A DNA stretch of 64,000 nucleotides, from the NCBI RefSeq assembly GCF_963921235.1, contig NC_086108.1, positions 110,982,001-111,046,000 of the forward strand. The letters run 5' to 3'. Source of the stretch: Mobula hypostoma. Its lineage: Eukaryota. The first letter of the stretch is position 1. Every line of letters starts with the position of its first letter. Shown in pieces: positions 38,701-53,700 of the stretch. Made by a program: the position numbers and the translations under genes. The notes below the pieces were generated by a model that made no database searches, was not told the DNA's origin, and was given only the letters and a program-made list of their open reading frames with translations.

Positions 38701-41700
38701 AAACAGGATAATTGTTTATAAAGAAAACAGCGTTATGAGTTCAGGTTAAGGGAAAAGTGTGGTTTGAGGAATGAGACTCTCTGATTGCAGTGTGTGCCAG
38801 GACACTCGGCAGAGACAGGGTTAACACATACAGTCTTTCTCCCAGGATTCAGGATAGTTTAATGTAAAGACCATTCAATAATTGTTACTCTGGATCTGAT
38901 AAGCACAGAAATGCAATGAGATAAAAGAACATAATTAAAAAAAAACAATAAATATAAATATATAAAGTAGCATATATGGATAGATTGATTGTATGTCCAT
39001 AAAGTGTCGCTAGGCACAGGAGTGTCTGTACGTAAGGTGACTGACAGTAAAGTCCTGCTGGTTGTGTTGTTCTTTATTTCTTTCTTTATTTGTTGAGATA
39101 CAGTGAGGAACAGGCCCCTCCGGCCCTTCCAGCCACACCGCCCAGCAACTCCTGATTTAATCCTGGCCTAATCACAGGACAATTTACAATAGCCAGTTAG
39201 CCTACCAACCGGTCCGTCTTTGGACTGTGGGAGGAAACCGGAGCACCAGTGCTGACGAGGAGAACGTACAGACTCCCAGCAGGCAGTGGCGACCCTGCTG
39301 AAAACTGTGGACATGCTGTGTTGACGCTGTTTGAAAACTGCCCAGCACATCACTGGCATCAGCCTACCCACCGTCGACATAAGCACAGAAGAGAACTAGA
39401 TAGGGGCCAGAAACATCATGATGGATCCCACCCACCCTGCTCATGGACTGTTTGTCCCACTCCCATCAGGGAGGAGACTATGTAGCATCCACACCAGGAC
39501 CACCAGACTAAAAAGCAGTTACTTTCCCCAAGCAGTAAGGCTGATCAACACCCCCTCACCCCCGACCACCACTACTTTATCATTTCCTGTCAGTCACCTT
39601 GTGTACAGACACTCCTGTGCCTAACATCACTTTATGGACATACAATCAATCTACACACAGAAGCTATCTTATGTATTTATATTTATTGTGTTTTTTTTGT
39701 TATGGTTGTGTTATTTTGTGCTGCATTGGATCAGGAGTAATGACTATTTTGTTCTCCTTTACACTTGTGTACTGGAAATGACATTAAAGTATCTTGAACC
39801 TTGAACTGTGTTAAGAGGATAACACCACCCTGTCGATGGTATTTATTGCTCATTCCGGATACTAATTGCACTGCTCTTCATTCCAGGGAACTTGACCATC
39901 CAAACCTATGCAAGTTTATTGGTGGATCTGTGGAGGTGCCCAATGTTACCATAGTTACCGAATATTGCCCTAAAGGGAGTCTGTCCGACGTACTGCTCAG
40001 TGAAGATATTCCCCTGAATTGGGGCTTCAGGTAACACCCATACAGTTCTCATTTGCTTACAAGGAGCTGTGTTTTGTAGATCTGCATGTGTAGTGTGACT
40101 TACACAATATAATTGTAAATCCATAAGACATTGGAGCAGAATGAGGCTATTTGGTCCATTGAGTCTGCTTACCATTCCAGCATGGCTGATTTATTATCCT
40201 TCTCAACCAAATTCTCCTGCCTTCTCCCTGTAACCTTTGACACCTTTGCTTATCAGGAACCTATCAACCTCTGCTTAAAACGTACCCAATGACTTGGCCT
40301 CCACAGCCATCTGTGGCAATGAATTCCACAGATTCATCAACCTCTGGCTAAAGAAACTCATTCTCATGCCTGTTCTAAAGGGATGTCCTTCCATTCTGAG
40401 CTGGTGCCCTCTGATCCTAGACTCATCCACAATAGGAAACACCTTCTCCACATCTGCTATATCTCCGCCTTTCAATGTTCAATAGGTTTCAATGAGATCC
40501 TTCCCTCATTATTCTACACTCCAGTGAGTACAGGACCAGAGCCATCAAACACACCTCATATGTTAACTCTTTCTTTGCCAGGATCATTCATATGAGCCTC
40601 CTCAGCTTCCTCTCCAATGCCAGCACATAAGAGGCCCAAACTCAGTCCCTTTTCAGTTCATAGGCTGCTGCAAGCCTCACCGGGCACGCATATCTATCGC
40701 CATCCCAAACCATAATCTCTGTTCATCGAAAACTTTGCCAACTCTCAACCCCCCATGAGCCCTGAGCCTTGGCCTCACTGACTTATGCTGGCGTAAGTAC
40801 TTGTGAACTTCGAAAACCTTCCTTGCAGGCTGCCTCCAGCATATAGAATAGTACAGCACAGTACAAGCCCTTCAGCCCACAATGTTGTGCCGACCCTCAA
40901 ACCCTGCCTCCCATATAAGCCCGCACCTTAAATTCCTCCATATACCTGTCCAGTAGTCTCTTAAACTTCACTAGTGTATCTGCCTCCACTACTGACTCAG
41001 GCAGTGCATTCCACGCACCAACCACTCTCTGAGTAAAAAACCTTCCTCTAATATCCCCCTTGAACTTCCCACCCCTTACCTTAAAGCCATGTCCTCTTGT
41101 ATTGAGCAGTGGTGCCCTGGGGAAGAGGCACTGGCTATCCACTCTATCTATTCCTCTTATTATCTTGTACATCACTATCATGTCTCCTCTCATCCTCCTT
41201 CTCTCCAAAGAGTAAAGCCCTAGCTCCCTTAATCTCTGATCATAATGCATACTCTCTAAACCAGGCAGCATCCTGGTAAATCTCCTCTGTACCCTTTCCA
41301 GTACTTCCACATCCTTCCTATAGTGAGGTGACCAGAACTGGACACAGTACTCCAATTATGGCCTAACCAGAGTTTTATAGAGCTGCATCATTACATCACA
41401 ATTCTAAAACTCTATCCCTCGACTTATGAAAGCTAACACCCCATAAGCTTTCTTAACTACCCTATCCAACTGTGAGGCAACTTTCAGGGAACTGTGGACA
41501 TGTAGCCCCTGATCCCTCTGCTCCTCCACACTACCAAGTATCCTGCCATTTACTTTGTACTCTGCCTTGGAGTTTGTCCTTCCAAAGTGTACCGCCTCAC
41601 ACTTCTCCGGGTTGAACTCCATCTGCCACTTCTCAGCCCACTTCTGCATCCTATCAATGTCTCTCTGCAATCTTTGACAATCCTCTACACTATCTACAAC

Positions 41701-44700
41701 ACCACCAACCTTTGTGTCGTCTGCAAACTTGCCAACCCACCCTTCTACCCCCACATCCAGGTTGTTAATAAAAATCACGAAAAGTAGAGGTCCCAGAACA
41801 GATCCTTGTGGGACACCACTAGTCACAATCCTCCAATCTGAATGTACTCCCTCCACCATGACCCTCTGCCTTCTGCAGGCAAGCCAACTCTGAATCCACC
41901 TGGCCAAATTTCCCTGGATCCCATGCCTTCTGACTTTCTGAATAAGCCTACCGTGTGGAACCTTGTCAAATGCCTTACTAAAATCCATATAGATCACATC
42001 CACTGCACTACCCTCATCTATATGCCTGGTTACCTCCTCAAAGAACTCTATCAGGCTTGTTAGACATGATTTGCCCTTCACAAAGCCAAGCTGACTGTCC
42101 CTGATCAGACCATGATTCTCTAAATGCCCAGAGATCCTATCTCTAAGAATCATTTCCAACAGCTTTCCCACCACAGACGTAAGGTTCACTGGTCTATAAT
42201 TACCCGGACTATCCCTACTACCTTTTTTGAACAAGGGGACAACATTCGCCTCCTCCAATCCTCTGGTACCATTCCCATGGAGAACGAGGACATAAAGATC
42301 CTAGCCAGAGGCTCAGCAATCTCTTCCTTCGCCTCGTGAAGCAGCCTGGGGAATATTCCGTCAGGTCCCAGGGACTTATCCGTCCTAATGTATTTTAACA
42401 ACTCCAACACCTCATCTCCCTTATATCAACATGCTCCAGAACATCAACCTCACTCATATTGTCCTCATCATCATCAAGTTCCCTCTCATTGCTGAATACC
42501 GAAGAGAAGTATTCACTGAGGACCTCGCTCACTTCCACAGCCTCCAGGCACATCTTCCCACCTTTATCTCTAATCGGTCCTACCTTCACTCCTGTCATCC
42601 TTTTTTTCTTCACATAATTGAAGAATGTCTTGGGGTTTTCCTTTACCCTACTCGCCAAGGCCTTCTCATGCCCCCTTCTTGCTCTTCTCAGCCCCTTCTT
42701 AAGCTCCTTTCTTGCTTCCCTATATTCCTCAATAGACCCATCTGATCCTTGCTTCCTAAACCTCATGTATGCTGCCTTCTTCCACCTGACTAGATTTTCC
42801 ACCTCACTTGTCACCTATGGTTCCTTCACCCTACCATTCTTTATCTTCCTCACCGGGACAAATTTATCCCTAACATCCAGCAAGAGATCTCTAAACATCG
42901 ACCACATGTCCATAGTACATTTCCCTGCAAAAACATCATCCCAATTCACACCCGCAAGTTCTAGCCTTATAGCCTCATAATTTGCCCTTCCCCAATTAAA
43001 AATTTTCCTGTCCTCTCTGATTCTATCCTTTTCCATGATAATGCTAAAGGCCAGGGAGTGGTGGTCACTGTCCCCCAGATGCTCACCCACTGAGAGATCT
43101 GTGACCTGACCTGGTTCATTACCTAGTACTAGATCTAGTATGGCATTCCCCCTAGTCGGCTTGTCCACATACTGTGACAGGAATCCATCCTGGACACACT
43201 TAACAAACTCTGCCCCATCTAAACCTTTGGAACTAATCAGGTGCCAATCAATATTAGGGGAGTTAAAGTCACCCATGATAACAACCCTGTTATTTTTGCA
43301 CCTTTCCAAAATCTGCCTCCCAATCAGCTCCTCTGTATCTCTGCTGCTACCAGGGGGCCTATAGAATATCCCCAATAGAGTAACTGCTCTCTTCCTGTTC
43401 CTGACTTCCACCCATACTGACTCAAAAGAGGATCCTGCTACAGTACCCACCCTTTCTGTAGCTGTAATAGTATCCCTGACTAGTAATGCCACCCTCCTCC
43501 CCTTTTTCCGCCCTCTCTATCCCTTTTAAAGCACTGAAATCCAGGAATATTGAGAATCCATTCCTGCCCTGGTGCCAGCCAAGTCTCTGTAATGGCCACT
43601 ACGTCATAATTCCATGTATGTATCCAAGCTCTCAGTTCATCACCTTTATTCCTGATGCTTCTTGCATTGAGGTACACACATTTCAGCCCTTCTACCTTAC
43701 TGTCTCTACACTGTTTATTCTGCTTCTCTTTCCTCAAAGCCTCTCCGTATGTTAGATCTGGCTTTACTCCATGCACTTCTTTCACTGCTCTATCGCTCTG
43801 GGTCCCATCCCCCTCGCAAATTAGTTTAAACCCTCCCGAGCCATGCTAGCAAACCTACCTGCAAGGATATTTCTCCCCCTGGAGTTCAGGTGCAACCCAT
43901 CCAATCTGTACAGGTCCCACCTTACCCAGAAGAGATCCCAATGATCTAAAAATCTTAAACCCTGCCCCCTGCACCAACTCCTCAGCCACGCATTCAACTG
44001 CCATCTCCTCCAATTCTTACCATCACTGTCACGTAGCACTGGCAGCAATCCTGAGAACGTCACCCTTGAAGTCCTGTTCTTCAGCCTTCTGCCTAGTTCC
44101 CGAAACTCACACTTCAGGACCTCATCCCTCTTCCTGCCTGTCGTTGGTCCCAATATGTATCACGACTTCTGGTTGCTTTCCCTCTCGTACCAGGATGTCG
44201 TGCACCCGGTCAGAGACATCCCGGACCCTGGCACCCAGGAGGCAACAAACCATGCGGGTGTCCTTCTCACGTCCACAAAATCTCCTGTCTGCTCCCCTGA
44301 CTATAGAGTCTCCAATGACGACAGCTCTCCTCTTCTCCGTCCCACGCTTCCGCACCACCGGGTCAGACTCAGTGCCGGAGGCCCTGCCACCGTGACTCAC
44401 ACCTGGTTGGTCATCCCCGCCAACAGTATCCAGGATGGTAAACTTATTATTTGGGGGAATGGCTACAGGGGTGCTCTGCACTACCTGTCTGCTCACCTTC
44501 GCTTTCCCCCCTCTAACTGTCACCCAACGACCTGCTTCCGACAGCCTAGGTGTGACTACCTCCCTGTAGCTCTCATCTATGACTCATTCTCCCTTATATC
44601 CTCAGGGTTTGTTGGTCATTGTCACATTATTATCATATTGAATTGCATTATTTCAATATCACGCTTGCGTTAATGTTCCTTTGCTTCTCATACTCGTTAG

Positions 44701-47700
44701 TTTATTCCCCCTAATGGTGGTATAGTGGTTAGTGCAATCACTTTATAGACCCAGCCATTACTGATCGGGTTTCAATTCCCACTGCTGTCTGTAAGGAATT
44801 TGTAAGTTCTTCCTGTGACAGCGTGGGTTTCCTCTGGGTGCTCTGGTTTCCTCCCACGTTCCAAAGACGTATGGTAAGGGTTAGTGAGTTGTGGACATGC
44901 TGTGTTAGTGCTGGAAGTGTGGCAACACTTGTAGACTGCCCCCAGCTCATCCTCAGAATTTGTTGTTCGTTGACAGAAATAATACTTTTCACTGTGTGTT
45001 TTAATGTTTTGATAGACATAGAGCAAATAAAGCTAATTTTTAATTTTTTAAAAATCTTTAGTTGTTAATCTCTAATCTTTCCGAAGCCGCACACGAGGCT
45101 CTGAGCTGAGAGCAGATCTGTCCTAATGTTCAAGGAAGATTTGGTGCTTTGCTCACCTGAGTATTCTGCTTGTTTTCCGAAACCCATGCGGCTGAGAAGA
45201 ATTAGAATCACATTTATAATCACTAACATATCTCGTAAAATTTGTTTTGCAGCAGCAACACATTGCAATGCTTAAAATGCACCAAGACATAGTGAAAAAC
45301 TTGTCTTGCATTCTGATGATGCAGATCAGATCATTACGCAGGACATTGAGGGAGAAGCAGTTGAAACAATCATTATGTAGAATGAAATGTAAAGCCTATC
45401 CTTCATTTATCTCTCAATCTGTCTATCTCAATTTATATATCTATCTCCCTCTCTCTCGTTATATCTCTACTTATCTATCTATTTATCTATCTATCAGCCT
45501 CAGATAAGAGGGACATCCATTAGAACAGAGATGAGGAGGATTTTCCTTAGACAGAGGGTGGTGAATCTGTGGAATTCATTATCACAGACAGCTGTGGAGG
45601 CCAGGTCTTTGGTATATTTAAAGTGGAGATTGATAAGTTCTTGGTTAGTCAGGCATCAAAGATTATGGGGAGAAGGCAGGAGAATGGGTTGGGAGGGATG
45701 ATAAATCAGTTGTGATCGAATGGTGGAGCAGAATCGATGGGCCAAATGGCCTAATTCTGTTCCTGTGTCTTATGGTCTATTGATCTATTTATCAATCTAT
45801 TGTAACATAAAGTAATTGTTATACCTTGCAAATCACTATTGCCACAGTACAACAAGCTTCACGGCACGTGTCAATGATAAATCTGATTGTGATTTTGAGG
45901 CCATTGCCTCAGTTCTAGATTCCCCTCCCCAGGAAAAACTTCCTCTTGGATTCCACCACCTCAATTCCCCTCAGAATCAATCAATACCATCTCCTCAGTC
46001 CTTCTATCACCGTAACGTGGCAGCCCGAACCGGTTCCATGCGAGGAATCCTGCCTGCATCTCAGCTCAACCCAACCCTCATAACATCCTCCAACTCTCCA
46101 ACCCTCCCTGGTCTCTCTGTTCTGGTGCTGGCATGTAGATCAGCAGTTTTGGGGTCCTGTGTATCAACATCTCTGAGGATCTATCCTGGGTCCAACATGG
46201 GTCCTGGGACCAGCAATTACAAAGAAGGCACGACGGTAACTATATTTCATTAGGAGTTTGAGAGACTTGGCATGTCACCAAAGACACTCGCAAATTTCTA
46301 CAGATGTACCATGGAGAGCATTCTGACTGGTTCCATCACCGTCTGGTGTGGTGGGTGGGGCTCACCGCAAAGCTGCAGAGAGCTGTAAACTCAGCCCGCT
46401 CCATCGTGGGCTCCAGCCACCCCAGCTTCGAGGACACCTTCAAAAATATGGCATCCACATTACGGAGCCTATCACCCAGGACATGCCCTCTTCTCATTGC
46501 TGCCATCACTTGCCCGCCTTTGACCCATATCCCTCTAAACTTCTTCTATCCATGTACTTGTATAAATATCTCTTAAACATTTTAATTGAATTTTATTTGT
46601 CACATGTACATTAAAGCACCAAAACATACAGTGAAATGCATTGCTTACATCAATGACCAACACAGTCCGAGGTATCAGAACCAGTTTTATTATCACCGGC
46701 ATGTGACGTGAAATTTGTTAACTTAGCAGCAGCAGTTCAATGCAATACATAATCTAGCAGAGAGAGAAAAAAATAAAATAAAAATAATGATAATAATAAA
46801 TAAACAAGTAATATTGAATAGATTAAAAAATATACAAAAACAGAAATACTGTATATTAAAAAAAGTGAGGTAGTGTCCAAAGATTCAATGTCCATTTAGG
46901 AATCAGATGGCAGAGGGGAAGAAGCTGTTCCTGAATCGCTGAGTGTGTGCCTTTAGGCTTCTGTACCTCCTACCTGATGGTAACAGTGAGAAAAGGGCAT
47001 GTCCTGGGTGCTGGAGATCCTTAATAATGGACGCTGCCTTTCTGAGACACTGCTCCCTAAAGATGTCCTGGGTACTTTGTAGGCTAGTGCCCAATATGGA
47101 GCTGACTAGATTTACAACCTTCTGCAGCTTCTTTTGGTCCTGTGCAGTAACCCCTCCATACCAGACAGTGATGCAGCCTGTCAGAATGCTCTCCATGGTA
47201 CAACTATAGAAGTTTTTGAGTGTATTTGTTGACATACCAAATCTCTTGAAACTTCTAATGAAGTATAGTCGCTGTCTTGCCTTCATTATAACTACATCGA
47301 TATGTTGGGACAAGGTTGGATCCTCAGAGATCTTGACACCCTGGAACTTGAAGCTACTCACTCTCTCCATTTCTGATCCCTCTATGAGGACTGGTAGGCC
47401 AAGGACAGCCCGTGTGTCGCTATGCTTCTGTAGCTAATATAGAATGTTTACAATTCCGTACATCTTTGCAGTGTTAAGGGGAAATGGGATCACCCAGAGG
47501 AAACTGATGTGGAGGGAAGAGAACCCTGGTTGTCAGTGCTGTAAAGCCTTACGCTAATTGCTGCACAACTGTTCTGCCTGGGACTTGCTCCACAAAATCA
47601 TTCTGTATGTGAAAATGTGTCCCTCAGGTCCCATTTAAACCTTGGTCAAAAACCTAGACTCTCGACCCCAACACTCACCACACATATCTCACCCTTCCGC

Positions 47701-50700
47701 CAGCCCATCACCAACGTATTTCCCTTTGGGATATGGTATGTTTAACCTCTATGACTTGATGAGGAGGCTTTGAACAAGTTTCTTTCTCCATTTTAGCTTC
47801 TTCATAACTTCAAGTTGTTGTTGCTTTAGACTGTCATTTGCCACGGACGTGTCCCGGGGAATGACTTATCTGCACAGTCGCAGAGTGTACCACGGGACAC
47901 TGAAATCAACCAACTGCGTTATTGATGACAGATGGGTGTGCAAGATCGCAGGTAACCACCGCCACTTACTTATAAACACAGGAGATTCTGCAGATGCTGG
48001 AAGTCCAGAGCAGCACACACAAAACTCGGCAGGTCAGGCAGCATTTATGGAGAGGAATAAACAGTAGACATTTTAGGCCAAGACTCTTCACAGTTATTCC
48101 CCAGGGAACCCTGTACTTGTACCCCTAGCTCCCTCTGTTCTACAATACTCCCCAAGGGAACAATATCCTGATGAAGTGTCTCAGCCAAAATGTTGACTGT
48201 TTATTCATTTTGCTCCAGAGATACAGCCTGAGCTGTTGAGTTCCTCCAGCACTTATTGTGTGTATTGCCATGAATGCTGCGTATCTGATACCATGCCCCT
48301 GCGATACTGTTGTGAGTACATTCATTGGCCTCTTTATTATATACACCCGCCCATTAATGCAAATATCTAGTCAGCCAATCATGGGGCAACAATTCAATGC
48401 ATAAAAGCACGCAGGCATGGTCAAGAGGTTCAGTTGTTCAGAGCAAACATTAGAATGAGGAAGAAATGTGATCTCAGTGACTTTGACTGTGGAATACTTC
48501 TTGGTGTCAGTTGGGCTGCTTTGAGTATCTCAGAAACTGTTGGGTCTCCTGGGATTTTCATGCACAAAAGTTTACAGAGAATGGTGTGAAAAACAAAAAA
48601 AAAAACAAGATCTGTGGGCGTAAAGCCTTGTTAATGAGAGAGGTCAGCGAAAAATGGCCAGTCTGGTCCAAGCTGACAGTAACTGAAACTTAAACGCACA
48701 TTACAACAGTGATGGGCAGAAGAGCATCTCTGAACACACAGCACATGGAACTTTGAAATGGTTGGGCTAAAGGAGGTACCGTACCTAACAAAGTGGCCAC
48801 AAGGTGTATGTGTATGAGAGCTCTGTGATCTCAGTGTCCTTTCCACATCTGAGTTTGTAACTGGCATCTCAATCTGTCTGTTTGTGAAGACTACGGGCTG
48901 GCAGCCTACAGGAGTGCTGATTTCCAGGAATTTGATGATGGTTTCGTTCCGAAGATGGGTCGCATTTACTGCGCTCCTGAAGTGATTGCAGGCACTGCTT
49001 CTAACCTGAGTCCCACAGCAGATGTCTACAGGTAAGGCTGCTCCTCCTACTTGCCACGTCTCTGCTCTTCTTGCTGCTGCCATTGAGCAGAAGCCTCAAG
49101 ACCCACAGGAACAGTCAGGCTCCTGAGCCAGAGGGGATAACATCACTCGCCCCGTCACTGAACTTCAGGCTCTTTTAAGGATCCGTCATCTCATGTTCTC
49201 CATATTCATTATAGTTATGACTTCTCCTGATTTTTCATTGACTCCTTGTATTTACTGTGAAGGCCCACAGGAAATGAATCTCAGTGTTATACATGGTGAC
49301 GAACGTGTGCTTTGATAATAAATTTACTTTGAACTTTGAATTTGCCATATCACCTCAGCTTGGACGAGAGACATCAATCAGATATGACTTTTCCTGATTT
49401 ATGATCATTGTCAAACGTGAAATTTGTTGTTTTGTGTGGCAGCGGAGTACTTAAAGCCCTGACTGATGAAGGTCAAAATGCCAAATGCATCATCGCCACC
49501 AAGTTTACATATTACATTACTTTCAGGGAACCCTGTCCTTGTACCTGTACCCCCCCCCGCTCCCTCTGTTCAACAACACCCCCCCGGGACACCCTGTACC
49601 TGTACCCCCCACTCCCTCTGTTCAACAACACCCCCCCGGGACACCCTGTACCTGTACCCCCCACTCCCTCTGTTCAACAACACCCCCCGGGACACCCTGT
49701 ACCTGTACCCCCCACTCCCTCTGTTCTACAACACTCCTCGGGACACCCTGTACCTGTACCCCTCACTCCCTCTGTTCAACAACACCCCCCGGGACACCCT
49801 GTACCTGTACCCCCCGCTCCCTCTGTTCAACAACACCCCCCGGGACACCCTGTACCTGTACCCCCCCCCGCTCCCTCTGTTCAACAACACCCCCCCGGGA
49901 CACCCTGTATCCCTCACTCCCTCTGTTCAACAACACCCCCCGGGACACCCTGTACCTGTACCTCTCACTCCCTCTGTTCTACAACACGCCCGGGACACCC
50001 TGTACCTGTACCCCCCACTCCCTCTGTTCTACAACACTCCTCGGGACACCCTGTACCTGTACCCCCCGCTCCCTCTGTTCAACAACACCCCCCGGGACAC
50101 CCTGTACCTGTACCTCTCACTCCCTCTGTTCTACAACACCCCCCGGGACACCCTGTACCTGTACCCCCCACTCCCTCTGTTCTACAACACTCCTCGGGAC
50201 ACCCTGTACCTGTACCCCCCCGCTCCCTCTGTTCAACAACACCCCCCGGGACACCCTGTACCTGTACCCCCCCCCCGCTCCCTCTGTTCAACGACACCCC
50301 CCACGACACCCTGTACCCGTACCCCCCGCTCCCTCTGTTCAACGACACCCCCCGGGACACCCTGTACCCGTACCCCCCGCTCCCTCTGTTCAACGACACC
50401 CCCCGGGACACCCTGTACCCGTACCCCCCGCTCCCTCTGTTCAACGACACCCCCCGGGACACCCTGTACCTGTACCCCCCGCTCCCTCTGTTCAACGACA
50501 CCCCCCGGGACACCCTGTACCTGTACCCTCCGCTCCCTCTGTTCAACGACACCCCCCACGACACCCTGTACCTGTACACCCCGCTCCCTCTGTTCAACGA
50601 CACCCCCCACGACACACTGTACCTGTACCCCCCTCTCCCTCTGTTCAACGACACTCCCCGGGACACCCTGTACCTGTACCCCCCCCACTCCCTCTGTTCA

Positions 50701-53700
50701 ACAACACCCCCCCGGGACACCTTGTACCTGTACCCCCCCCCCACTCCCTCTGTTCAACAACACCCCCCGGGACACCCTGTACCTGTACCCCTCACTCCCT
50801 CTGTTCTACAACACCCCCCCGGGACACCCTGTACCTGTACCCCCCCCACTCCCTCTGTTCAACAACACCCCCCCGGGACACCCTGTACCTGTACCCCCCC
50901 CACTCCCTCTGTTCAACAACACCCCCCCGGGACACCCTGTACCTGTACCTCTCACTCCTTCTGTTCAACGACACCCCCCACGACACCCTGTACCTGTACC
51001 CCCCGCTCCCTCTGTTCAACGACACCCCCCGGGACACCCTGTACCTGTACCCCCCGCTCCCTCTCTTTAACGACACCCCCCAGGACACCCTGTACCTGTA
51101 CCCCCCGCTCCCTCTGTTCAACGACACCCCCCCGGGACACCCTGTACCTGTACCCCCCGGGACACCCTGTACCTGTACCCCCCCCACTCCCTCTGTTCAA
51201 CAACACCCCCCCGGGACATCCTGTACCTGTACCCCCCGCTCCCTCTGTTCAACGACACCCCCCACGACACCCTGTACCTGTACCCCTCGCTCCCTCTCTT
51301 CAACGACACCCCCCAGAACACCCTGTACCTGTACCCCTCGCTCCCTCTGTTCAACGACACCCCCCACGACACCCTGTACCTGTACCCCTCGCTCCCTCTG
51401 TTCAATGACACCCCCCGGGACACCCTGTACCTGTACCCCCCCCGCTCACTCAGTTCAACGACACCCCCCCGGGACACCCTGTACCTGTACCCCTCACTCC
51501 CTCTGTTCAACGACACCCCCCGGGACACCCTGTACCTGTACCTCTCACTCCTTCTGTTCAACGACACCCCCCACGACACCCTGTACCTGTACTCCCCCAC
51601 TCCCTCTGTTCAACGACACCCCCCGGGACACCCTGTACCTGTACCCCCCGCTCCCTCTGTTCAACGACACACCCCGGGACACCTGTACCTGTACCTGTAC
51701 CCCCCGCTCCCTCTGTTCAACGACACCCCCCGGGACACCCTGTACCTGTACCCCCCGCTCCCTCTGTTCAACGACACCCCCCGGGACACCCTGTACCTGT
51801 ACCCCCCCCACTCCTTCTGTTCAACGACACCCCCCGGGACACCCTGTACTGGACACCCCCCGGGACACCCTGTACTGACACCCCCCACGACACCCTGTAC
51901 CTGTACCCCCCGCTCCCTCTCTTCAACGACACCCCCCACGACACCCTGTACCTGTACCCCTGCTCCCTCTGTTCAACGACACCCCCCGGGACACCCTGTA
52001 CCTGTACCCCCCGCTCCCTCTGTTCAACGACACCCCCCGGGACACCCTGTACCTGTACCCCCCGCTCCCTCTGTTCAACGACACCCCCCAGGACACCCTG
52101 TACCTGTACCCCCCGCTCCCTCTGTTCAACGACACCCCCCGGGACACCCTGTACCTGTACCTGTACCCCCCGCTCCCTCTGTTCACCCCCCGCTCCCTCT
52201 GTTCAACGACACCCCCCGGGACACCCTGTACCCGTACCCCCCGCTCCCTCTGTTCAACGACACCCCCCGGGACACCCTGTACCCGTACCCCCCGCTCCCT
52301 CTGTTCAACGACACCCCCCGGGACACCCTGTACCCGTACCCCCCGCTCCCTCTGTTCAACGACACCCCCCGGGACACCCTGTACCCGTACCCCCCGCTCC
52401 CTCTGTTCAACGACACCCCCCCCCCCGGGACACCCTGTACCCGTACCCCCCGCTCCCTCTGTTCAACGACACCCCCCGGGACACCCTGTACCCGTACCCC
52501 CCGCTCCCTCTGTTCAACGACACCCCCCGGGACACCCTGTACCCGTACCCCCCGCTCCCTCTGTTCAACGACACCCCCCGGGACACCCTGTACCCGTACC
52601 CCCCGCTCCCTCTGTTCAACGACACCCCCCGGGACACCCTGTACCCGTACCCCCCGCTCCCTCTGTTCAACGACACCCCCCGGGACACCCTGTACCCGTA
52701 CCCCCCGCTCCCTCTGTTCAACGACACCCCCCGGGACACCCTGTACCCGTACCCCCCGCTCCCTCTGTTCAACGACACCCCCCGGACACCCTGTACCCGT
52801 ACCCCCCGCTCCCTCTGTTCAACGACACCCCCCGGGACACCCTGTACCCGTACCCCCCGCTCCCTCTGTTCAACGACACCCCCCGGGACACCCTGTACCC
52901 GTACCCCCCGCTCCCTCTGTTCAACGACACCCCCCGGGACACCCTGTACCCGTACCCCCCGCTCCCTCTGTTCAACGACACCCCCCACGACACCCTGTAC
53001 CCGTACCCCCCGCTCCCTCTGTTCAACGACACCCCCCACGACACCCTGTACCCGTACCCCCCGCTCCCTCTGTTCAACGACACCCCCCACGACACCCTGT
53101 ACCCGTACCCCCCGCTCCCTCTGTTCAACGACACCCCCCACGACACCCTGTACCCGTACCCCCCGCTCCCTCTGTTCAACGACACCCCCCACGACACCCT
53201 GTACCCGTACCCCCCGCTCCCTCTGTTCAACGACACCCCCCACGACACCCTGTACCCGTACCCCCCGCTCCCTCTGTTCAACGACACCCCCCACGACACC
53301 CTGTACCCGTACCCCCCGCTCCCTCTGTTCAACGACACCCCCCACGACACCCTGTACCCGTACCCCCCGCTCCCTCTGTTCAACGACACCCCCCACGACA
53401 CCCTGTACCCGTACCCCCCGCTCCCTCTGTTCAACGACACCCCCCACGACACCCTGTACCCGTACCCCCCGCTCCCTCTGTTCAACGACACCCCCCACGA
53501 CACCCTGTACCCGTACCCCCCGCTCCCTCTGTTCAACGACACCCCCCGGGACACCCTGTACCCGTACCCCCCGCTCCCTCTGTTCAACGACACCCCCCGG
53601 GACACCCTGTACCCGTACCCCCCGCTCCCTCTGTTCAACGACACCCCCCGGGACACCCTGTACCCGTACCCCCCGCTCCCTCTGTTCAACGACACCCCCC

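Noticed and set aside
46903..47370. DUF1891-containing host protein
   Set aside because: One of many decayed Rex1/Babar LINE 3' fragments in the window (e.g. ~1840, 5050, 8050, 8800, 24950, 36410, 39300).
37003..49031. Naming the gene NPR1, NPR2 or GUCY2x from the kinase-homology exons
   Set aside because: The ectodomain length and sequence do not fit those genes and the cyclase domain is outside the window, so no symbol was assigned.
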